Virus record (IMG/VR): IMGVR_UViG_3300044833_000182 | Span: 1 to 64,000 of that record | Reading direction: 5' to 3' (one strand) | Length of the DNA stretch: 64,000 nt | Origin: a virus | Part shown: piece by piece, positions 57,454 through 64,000 of the stretch | Layout: each line of letters starts with the position of its first letter | Position numbering within the stretch: the stretch's first letter is position 1 | The notes under the pieces: model-generated | What the model was told of the DNA's origin: nothing | The model's database searches: none | Seen by the model: the letters and a program-made list of their open reading frames with translations, nothing else | Translations under genes and position numbers: made by a program

Positions 57454-57936
57454 ATGCCGACCTACCGCACCGCCACAAAGGAAGTCACTTCGCTGATAAG
57501 CGAAGTGATGAATCAGTACCACCCGGACCTGGAAAAGGCCGGAGTGACCGTGTCCGCTCTCTTCGCCGATGAACTTCGGCACCACGGATATTCCGCCCGG
57601 GCGACCATCAAGATCAACAGCGTGAAGGACCGGATTGAGGGCAAGGCTGACTGCACCCTCACCATCTGCGAACCGGATTGGGAAGAGATGAGCGCAGAGG
57701 AACGGTCGGCTCTGATCGACCACGAGGAAACCCATCTCATCCTCGTGCGCGATGAAGACAAGCGGGTGAAGTACGATCAGGCCGAGCGGCCGAAACTGAA
57801 GATGCGCGAGCACGACTTCCAGGGCGGCTACTTCTTCGAGGTGGCTGAGCGGCACAAGGAATCCTCGCCGGAGGCCGTCAGTTACAAGCCCTTACAAGCC
57901 CGAATGCGACAGCTTTTACTCTTCGAGGACTCCTGA
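57454..57936 (+). CDS. Putative phage metallopeptidase
   Basis: W..MS.EERSALIDHEETH..HD. Confidence 0.7.
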   Translation: MPTYRTATKEVTSLISEVMNQYHPDLEKAGVTVSALFADELRHHGYSARATIKINSVKDRIEGKADCTLTICEPDWEEMSAEERSALIDHEETHLILVRDEDKRVKYDQAERPKLKMREHDFQGGYFFEVAERHKESSPEAVSYKPLQARMRQLLLFEDS

Positions 57937-57937
57937 C

Positions 57938-58150
57938 ATGCGTGTTCCCGTCGAGATCGAAGAAATAGAACTGGACGGCGATCACGCGCCCGTGCCCAGC
58001 ATCCAGGCGACCTGCCAGCGGTGCGGACATGAAACGCAGTCGTTCGGCACATCGGAGAAATCCGTCAAGCGCTGCCTCGTCTTGCTCCGCAAGGAATGCA
58101 GGAACGAGGAGAGCAATTTCTATGTCGCCAGCGAGGAGGATGAATCGTGA
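57938..58150 (+). CDS. Small zinc-binding protein
   Basis: CQRCGH. Confidence 0.55.
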   Translation: MRVPVEIEEIELDGDHAPVPSIQATCQRCGHETQSFGTSEKSVKRCLVLLRKECRNEESNFYVASEEDES

Positions 58151-58779
58151 CCCCAGCCGTCTTCCTCGCCGACCTGCGCCGCGCCGGCTTTTCCCTCCGC
58201 TCCGAGGCCGGCAAGCTCCTCATCGCCCCGTCGAGCAAACTGACCCCCGCGCAGGTTGCCCTGATCAAGCAGCACCGGGACGCCCTCCTCCTCCTCCTTG
58301 CCGACGAGGAGGCGGCCCTGTCGGCGCTGGCCGACCGCGCCTTTCTGGGACAACCCGTTCGCGGACCCACCGAGCAAGACCGCGCACGAGCCGACCGTGC
58401 TGCTGAGGTGGGAGAGCGGCGAGGTAATGGCGTTCAGTCGTCGCTTCGTCTTGTGGTGGGAGGCGCGAGCGGCAGAGGGCAGGGCGACCGCGGAGAAACT
58501 CGCCCGGCGAGACCGGGAAAAGGCGAAGAAACGGGCGAAGGCGCGGAAGCAGAAGCAGGCCCGGCTGTTCGACCCGGAACAGCGCCCGGAGGCGATGTAG
58601 GCGTGTGGACCGGATGGATCAAGATGCTGGGCGAGCCGTGGCGGCGGCTCGTTGCCCACGAGGACCGCTGGGAGTGCTGGCGCCGCTTGCTCGACCTGCG
58701 GCCGGGCGTGGACGAAGCAAGTTTTGAGCTTCTCGTGAACGAAGGGCAGACGCCAGACCATCGAAGGAAACCCAGATGA
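58147..58779 (+). CDS. TubC N-terminal docking-like protein; 3' part ambiguous (possible frameshift)
   Basis: FLADLRRAGFSLRSEAGKL..APSSKLT..IKQHRDALL. Confidence 0.5.
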   Translation: MTPAVFLADLRRAGFSLRSEAGKLLIAPSSKLTPAQVALIKQHRDALLLLLADEEAALSALADRAFLGQPVRGPTEQDRARADRAAEVGERRGNGVQSSLRLVVGGASGRGQGDRGETRPARPGKGEETGEGAEAEAGPAVRPGTAPGGDVGVWTGWIKMLGEPWRRLVAHEDRWECWRRLLDLRPGVDEASFELLVNEGQTPDHRRKPR

Positions 58780-59093
58780 CCGACCGCGACGCGCTCAACA
58801 ACGACCTGGAAGCCGGCCCCGCCCTCACCCTCGCCGCCGGCTTGTTCGTCATCGGCGGCGGCCGTCCGGCGGCGCGGCAGACACAGGAGGGACGCAACAT
58901 GGCTACCGCCGCCGAATGGACGGTGCTGGACAACCTCGAACACCACTGGCCCGTGCGAACGAACCTGCCGCTGGATGTGGCCGAGGCCGCTTACGAAGCG
59001 TGCGAGGCCCGGGGGTGGGTGAGCGACGGGGCGGTTACGCCAGCTGGGAAGGTGGAGTTGCTCAAGCCGCTGACGATGGAGAGCGAACCATGA
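58776..59093 (+). CDS. Hypothetical protein
   Basis: ATGA overlap. Confidence 0.5.
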   Translation: MTDRDALNNDLEAGPALTLAAGLFVIGGGRPAARQTQEGRNMATAAEWTVLDNLEHHWPVRTNLPLDVAEAAYEACEARGWVSDGAVTPAGKVELLKPLTMESEP

Positions 59094-59377
59094 CCGATTA
59101 TGAAGCACTCAAGATGGAACTGGAAGGCGTCAAAAAGGCGTTCGCCATCATGGAAAAGGGCCTGGAATCGGCGTGCGAGCTGATGGACGATCTGAAGCAG
59201 CAGACGCGAGCGCAGGCCGCCGAGATCAACCGTCTTGCAGACGAGGCGGCGCGGCTGCGGAGGCTGTGTATTGCGCACCACGTTGATCCCGACCGGTGCG
59301 GCGAGTTTCCCGGTGGGGAGCAGTGCGGCCGAAGGCATGGGCATGAAGGGAAGTGCTGCTGGCTGAATGGAGACTGA
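59090..59377 (+). CDS. Coiled-coil protein with Cys/His tail
   Basis: ATGA overlap. Confidence 0.55.
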   Translation: MTDYEALKMELEGVKKAFAIMEKGLESACELMDDLKQQTRAQAAEINRLADEAARLRRLCIAHHVDPDRCGEFPGGEQCGRRHGHEGKCCWLNGD

Positions 59378-59391
59378 AGGAGGATTGAAGG

Positions 59392-59628
59392 ATGACCAGA
59401 CGCAACATTCAGAACGCCCTCGCCCGCGCCTTCAATGAAGGTTCGGACTCGTGTCTCGCCGGTCTCAAGCCGTGCGACAACCCGTACAAGGACGGTGGCT
59501 TGCCTGCCCTCTACGAGAAATGGCGACAAGGCTGGTGGCATATTCAACTAAATTGGTGTGCCAGCGTCAACGGCCGCTGGCCGGCTGGCGCGCCGCGGCC
59601 GTGTGCAGCGGGAAGGAGGGCGAAGTGA
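59392..59628 (+). CDS. Rmf/CrpP-like small protein
   Basis: RAFNEG..CLAG..CDNPY...WRQGW. Confidence 0.55.
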   Translation: MTRRNIQNALARAFNEGSDSCLAGLKPCDNPYKDGGLPALYEKWRQGWWHIQLNWCASVNGRWPAGAPRPCAAGRRAK

Positions 59629-60176
59629 GCGCAAACGTCAACAACCCGACTCATCGAAAGAGCAAACAGCGCCTTGCCGTGGAAGCAGCAATCCGCACCA
59701 ATCGCAGCTTGACACACAAGGCTCTGGCGAAACGGTTCGGCGTCTCCCCGCAGAGGATATCCCAGATCAACCTGGCGATGCCTCCCGCTGAACGCTTGTT
59801 CGGAAAGAGATGGGAGCCGACAGAGGCGCAGCGTAACCGAGCCGACGCTATCGCCGCTGCTCTGCGAGAACGCTGTGACCGTTCCGATACGGAGATAGCC
59901 AGGCTGGCTGGTTGCGCCTGCTCCACTGCGGGAAGGCACAGGAAGCGTCTTGGGTATCCCCGGTACTTCGCCCCAAACAGGAACCGAGGAGTCAAGGGTC
60001 AGCGCCGCCTTGCTATCGAAGCAGCGCTTCTCGAAAAGCCGATGAGTTACGGCCGTATCAGGGAGATCGCTGAGGATTTGGGCGCGTCGTACGAGTACGT
60101 TTCTTGGTTGTGGTTCCATCTGAAGCCGGCCGATGCGCCCGATCTGCGCAAGGTGAAAAGGAGGGGGACGTCATGA
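59625..60176 (+). CDS. Multi-HTH DNA-binding protein 1
   Basis: ALAKRFGVSPQRISQI, DTEIARLAGC, EIAEDLGAS. Confidence 0.7.
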   Translation: MSANVNNPTHRKSKQRLAVEAAIRTNRSLTHKALAKRFGVSPQRISQINLAMPPAERLFGKRWEPTEAQRNRADAIAAALRERCDRSDTEIARLAGCACSTAGRHRKRLGYPRYFAPNRNRGVKGQRRLAIEAALLEKPMSYGRIREIAEDLGASYEYVSWLWFHLKPADAPDLRKVKRRGTS

Positions 60177-61415
60177 CCTCACGGCTTGCACCGGAGGCTT
60201 GCAGGCAGTCTTGGCCGGATACATCGGCGGCAACGGCGACCCCTGCAATAGGGCGCATGACGACGCCCCTTTATCTCTAATGTTTCGAGCAGCGTTTTCG
60301 TCCGCAGGCGATTCATGACCACACGCACGGCACACAAACTGATCCCGACTTCTCCGGTTGGCCTTCTCACAGTGGCCGCATTGGGAGCAAGTTCGCGACG
60401 TGTTCCGTGGATCGATGAAGACCACGGGAACGCCAGCGCGAGCCGCTTTGTATGTCAGGAATCCCCGAAGCTGATGAAACGCCCACCCCTTGAGACGGTT
60501 GAGTTGATCAGGCCCGCGAGCGGTTGTCCGGCTGCCGATTCCCTGGAGATCCTCCAGAGCGATCACGCTGCCGGTGTCTTTGGCCTTCTCGACGATGCAC
60601 TTAGTGATTCGATGGTTCTCGTTTGCCCTGAAGCGAGCCTCCTTCTTGCGGATCTTTCTGAGATGACGCCGGGCGCTCTTGCTACCGCACCTGTTCAGGT
60701 TGCGCCGATGCTTCCCGTAGCGCTTACGGACTTCTTCCACCTTCGCCCCGGAGAAGACTTCTCCATCGCTGTCCACGGCAAGGTTTACCACGCCAAGGTC
60801 AACGCCGATTACATCGGAAACGGTGATGGACTCGGGCGCTTCGTCCTTGATCTGGACGTGAAGGAAGTATCCGCCGTCTGGGCGCTTGACGAGCGTGGCG
60901 CTGGTGGGGTATTGGTCGCGAAGAGCGTCCCGCTGGAAGTCGCCGACCGAGGTAGCAAATCTTTCGCGGCCTTGCAGGAGTGTCAGGCCGAAAGTCCAAT
61001 CATTTTCATGGAAGCGAAAGATGCGAACGTCATAGTCGATGCTGGTCGGATTAAACATCGAGTCGCACCTATTAGGAACCTTGAGCGCCGTACAGGCGCG
61101 GGCGATGGCGCGAATGGTCAGGTTGGCGGACAGGCCGAATTCGGCCCGCACAGTGTGGTAACAGGCTTCCTGAACCTCGATCTTGTTTGTGCTACCGATG
61201 GCGCGGCAAACGTTCGCGATACGGTTGCAAGCAGCGGCGAACGCTTTGAGTGTGGCGTCAATCTCCAACGCCTGTTCGGCTGTGGGATCAAGCTTACAGC
61301 AGATGGTACGCACAAGTTCCATGCGACTATTTTACCACGAAAGATGTCGCTTTACCATGTCGGTAGGCGACGGTTTTACCTACTGCCTAAAGGCAGTGAT
61401 TCCCGGGAGTGGGAC
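60170..61415 (-). mobile_element. Non-autonomous IS200/IS605-family (tnpB-only) element
   Basis: Left-end hairpin ACTGCCTTTAGGCAGT, right end GCAAGCCTCCGGTGCAAGCCGTGAGGTCATGAC; removal restores an RBS and GTGA overlap. Confidence 0.75.
60171..61322 (-). CDS. tnpB: TnpB RNA-guided nuclease
   Basis: GVDLG, LEDL, TSRTCSQCG, CRACG..ADENAARNI. Confidence 0.93.
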   Translation of the reverse strand: MELVRTICCKLDPTAEQALEIDATLKAFAAACNRIANVCRAIGSTNKIEVQEACYHTVRAEFGLSANLTIRAIARACTALKVPNRCDSMFNPTSIDYDVRIFRFHENDWTFGLTLLQGRERFATSVGDFQRDALRDQYPTSATLVKRPDGGYFLHVQIKDEAPESITVSDVIGVDLGVVNLAVDSDGEVFSGAKVEEVRKRYGKHRRNLNRCGSKSARRHLRKIRKKEARFRANENHRITKCIVEKAKDTGSVIALEDLQGIGSRTTARGPDQLNRLKGWAFHQLRGFLTYKAARAGVPVVFIDPRNTSRTCSQCGHCEKANRRSRDQFVCRACGHESPADENAARNIRDKGASSCALLQGSPLPPMYPAKTACKPPVQAVRS

Positions 61416-61883
61416 GTGAGCGCACCAGGTCAGAGATTCCCCCGCCGCCTTGCCATTGAGGCGGCAATTCGAGCCGATCCCTCCGCTCCGTTTCCCGTGA
61501 TCATCGCGGAGGTAGAGAGGCAGATGCCCGCAGCGGAGCGGATTCCGAGGAAGATGGGGCCGCCGTCGAGTAAAGCTCCCGCCATCCGGGCGGCGCTGCT
61601 GGACAACCCCCGGCAGACAAACGACGAGGTTGCCCGGAAGGTGGGATGTCACCCGAGTTACGTCAGCGATATTCGTTCCCGCTTCGGGTTCCCGACCGTC
61701 CGTAAGCCGAAGCCCATCGGCAAGGTTCGTCGGCTTGCGGCGCAGATGCTCCTCGCGGAACCCATGCGCCGCGGCCGGGTGCAGGAGGTTGCGGACGCTC
61801 TTGGCGTCTCGCGGGGGTGCATCTACGCCATCTGGTTCAGGATCAAGCCGGCCGGCGCGGTTGACTTGCGGAGGGCGAAGTGA
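61416..61883 (+). CDS. Multi-HTH DNA-binding protein 2 (paralog of 59625-60176)
   Basis: RRLAIEAAI, NDEVARKVGC, WFRIKPAGAVDLRR. Confidence 0.7.
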   Translation: MSAPGQRFPRRLAIEAAIRADPSAPFPVIIAEVERQMPAAERIPRKMGPPSSKAPAIRAALLDNPRQTNDEVARKVGCHPSYVSDIRSRFGFPTVRKPKPIGKVRRLAAQMLLAEPMRRGRVQEVADALGVSRGCIYAIWFRIKPAGAVDLRRAK

Positions 61884-62230
61884 GTATCCGCAAACCGCGA
61901 GAGACTGATTTGATCCGCCCCGCCCTGCAACTGCTGGCGATGCGTGGCTGCTTCGCGTGGCGGTCAAACTCGGGTGCGGCTCGCTTGCCTGGCCGCGGCG
62001 GCAAGCTGCAACTGGTGCGGTTCGGCACGCCCGGGGTGTCAGACCTCCTTGCAGTAGCGCCGGGCGGTAAACTGATCGCTGTCGAACTGAAGGCCGGGAA
62101 GAACCCGCAGACGAAGGCGCAGGCCGCGTTCGCGGAGCAGGTTGTGGCGCGCGGCGGGATCTACCTGCTTGTCCGTGACCTGGCGCAACTCAACGAGGAA
62201 CTCGACCGCTTGCTCAAGGAGGCACGATGA
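61880..62230 (+). CDS. VRR-NUC-like nuclease / resolvase
   Basis: GVSDLL..IAVELKAGK..Q..F. Confidence 0.8.
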   Translation: MSIRKPRETDLIRPALQLLAMRGCFAWRSNSGAARLPGRGGKLQLVRFGTPGVSDLLAVAPGGKLIAVELKAGKNPQTKAQAAFAEQVVARGGIYLLVRDLAQLNEELDRLLKEAR

Positions 62231-62556
62231 GCGTTTACGTTGACCGACTCCGGGATTGGGGCTGGCGGCTCGGTCCCTCATCGCACCTTATCACCGACGA
62301 GGGGAACGAAGTTCTTCACGCCTTCGCGGCTAGCATCGGCTTACGAAAAGCCTGGTTCCAACCGTCGCCGTCCGGCGTTCACTACGATCTGTGCGCATCC
62401 AAGCGACGTACAGCGGTTGCTCTGGGTGCAATCGAGCTGGACGACGCGTCCTTCCACGCGATCCTCAAGGCGTGGCGCGGCAGGGCGGTTGCCGCCGTCA
62501 ACGCCGCCGTTACGGAAGAAGAAAAGGCCGCTGTCCGGATGCACCTCTTTCGCTGA
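62227..62556 (+). CDS. DUF4031 family protein
   Basis: MSVYVD..SHL..LHAFAASIGL..WFQ..HYDL. Confidence 0.8.
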   Translation: MSVYVDRLRDWGWRLGPSSHLITDEGNEVLHAFAASIGLRKAWFQPSPSGVHYDLCASKRRTAVALGAIELDDASFHAILKAWRGRAVAAVNAAVTEEEKAAVRMHLFR

Positions 62557-62568
62557 GGAGAACCATTC

Positions 62569-63312
62569 ATGACCACCACGACCACCGCATCTCGCCCCCT
62601 CCCCTGGCTCTCCGCCCTGTGCGACGAGGAGCGCTCCGGATCACTGTACCGCGAGCCGCACCGCCTGCCCGACGGCTCGCTCGTCGCCACGGACGGCCGC
62701 GTGTTGTTCCGCGTGACCGGACTGGCCGCCGACTACCCGCCGTCGGAGGGAGACCGGCTGGCCTCTGTGCAGGCCATCCTCGCCGCGCCGGCCTCGCCGC
62801 TGGGCGTGATCGACGGCGCGGTGTTCCGGGAGTTTGTCGATCCCGCGTGCAGCGCGTGCAACGACATGGGCGTTACGGAGTGCAAGGAGTGCGACGGAAA
62901 CGGCGTGATTGAATGCGAGACGTGCGGCCACGAGGCCGACTGCATCGAGTGTCACGGCGATGGTCCCCGCGACGGCTGCTCCGTCTGCGGGGCCAAGCCG
63001 CCGCCGTACGAACAGCGGCATCACCAGTGCGAGGCGGGCGGGCGGTTCTTCGATCGGCTGCTGCTGGCCAAGCTGCCCCGGGAATGTACGGGCGTCTTCC
63101 GCGTGGGCGAGGCGGCGCTGCCGGGCGGGGAGAAGTGGGTTCTCCGGCTGGCGGGCGAGAGCGTCATCGAGGGCGCGGCGTGCGCGTGGTCGATGATCGT
63201 GGTGGCGATGGACCGGAAGGCGGATGGAGAGGTTCCGGCGCTGCCGATGCAGGGCGGCGAACCCCCGCCGTCCGGCGAGGCGGCGGGTGAGGGAGAGGAG
63301 GCGACGACGTGA
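62569..63312 (+). CDS. Protein with DnaJ-type CxxCxGxG zinc fingers
   Basis: CKECDGNG, CIECHGDG, VATDGR. Confidence 0.65.
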   Translation: MTTTTTASRPLPWLSALCDEERSGSLYREPHRLPDGSLVATDGRVLFRVTGLAADYPPSEGDRLASVQAILAAPASPLGVIDGAVFREFVDPACSACNDMGVTECKECDGNGVIECETCGHEADCIECHGDGPRDGCSVCGAKPPPYEQRHHQCEAGGRFFDRLLLAKLPRECTGVFRVGEAALPGGEKWVLRLAGESVIEGAACAWSMIVVAMDRKADGEVPALPMQGGEPPPSGEAAGEGEEATT

Positions 63313-64000
63313 AGGACGCGACGGCGGAGGATGTGATCGCCGGACGGGAGCCGCACGCGGTTCTTCTCGGGGACTGCTTGCAAGTGCTGCCAACGCTGCC
63401 GGACGGATGCGCCGATGCGATCATTTGCGATCCACCTTATGGGCTGGATTTCATGGGTCGTGCGTGGGATCACGGCGTCCCGGGGATACCGTTCTGGGAA
63501 GCGATCCTCCGTGTCTGCAAGCCCGGTGCGCATCTGCTGGCGTTCGGCGGGACGCGAACCTTCCACCGCCTGACGTGCGCCGTCGAGGATGCCGGATGGG
63601 AGATAAGAGATACGCTTATGTGGTTATATGGATCTGGCTATCCGAAATCGCATGACGTGAGCAAGGCTATTGACAAGGCGGCAGGCAGAGTAAGTCATTC
63701 GGTCGTGACATTGAAGCGCCGTCTCGCCGAACTGTTCGACGCCAGCGGCAAGCAGCGGAAGCAGATCGACCATGAATGCGGCTTTCGCGCCTGCAATTAT
63801 CTCACATTGCCGGGAGAGGGGAAGCGGCCGGACCCGTGGGTCAACGTGCTGCCGTCTCAGGAGAAGTGGCAGACGATCAAGCGGGTGCTGGGTTGCAATG
63901 CTGACATCGCAGAAGAACTCGACGCGATCTACGCCGAGGCCGAGCGGGAAGTCATCGCGAAGGGGTTCCGAGTCCGCCTGTCGAGCACCGTCCAGTTTTG
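63309..64000 (+). CDS. DNA amino-methyltransferase, beta class (DPPY, likely m6A), 3' truncated
   Basis: Own translation: GDCLQVL, IICDPPYGL, KPGAHLLAFGGTRTFHRL, WLYGSGYPKS. Confidence 0.88.
   Translation, partial: MKDATAEDVIAGREPHAVLLGDCLQVLPTLPDGCADAIICDPPYGLDFMGRAWDHGVPGIPFWEAILRVCKPGAHLLAFGGTRTFHRLTCAVEDAGWEIRDTLMWLYGSGYPKSHDVSKAIDKAAGRVSHSVVTLKRRLAELFDASGKQRKQIDHECGFRACNYLTLPGEGKRPDPWVNVLPSQEKWQTIKRVLGCNADIAEELDAIYAEAEREVIAKGFRVRLSSTVQF

Noticed and set aside
60315-61883. 522-aa plus-strand ORF
   Set aside because: Mostly antisense to tnpB; real gene starts at GTG 61416

Overview
The whole window is one high-GC temperate tailed-phage genome (HK97-type head, probably non-contractile tail), truncated at both ends. 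Gene order: terminase C-terminus, portal, accessory cluster, multidomain prohead protease, capsid, glycosyl- and methyltransferase, neck, tail tube, frameshifted tail chaperone, short tape measure, tail-tip/receptor-binding genes (1-30.1 kb); attP (3' half of tRNA-Lys CTT) and tyrosine integrase (31.0-32.5 kb); two long early operons, each with a divergent paralogous small repressor and a sigma70-type promoter (35.6-50.8 kb and 50.9-64 kb), carrying DNA methyltransferases, sigma-like factors, DHFR, a primase-helicase with an iteron-like origin, and a non-autonomous TnpB element. Phage genes lie on both sides of a half-tRNA, so this is the excised/virion form. TIGR02996-like motifs and an APVP-type secreted protein suggest a Planctomycetota (Gemmataceae-like) host (inference). 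Most notable: (1) a 1026-aa prohead protease carrying a 2H phosphoesterase and a C-terminal nuclease-like domain separated by a repeated HKPAGSxEGGQFT tag, followed by an unannotated acidic 43-aa candidate immunity protein; (2) four intergenic structured elements sharing a C(UCGUU)G hairpin; (3) a tRNA-like RNA with a long arm in place of the anticodon arm; (4) a genome-wide pattern of neighbouring genes sharing duplicated ribosome-binding sites and N-termini; (5) a duplicated primase C-terminal domain encoded next to the origin. All family assignments come from motif recognition by eye; no searches were run.
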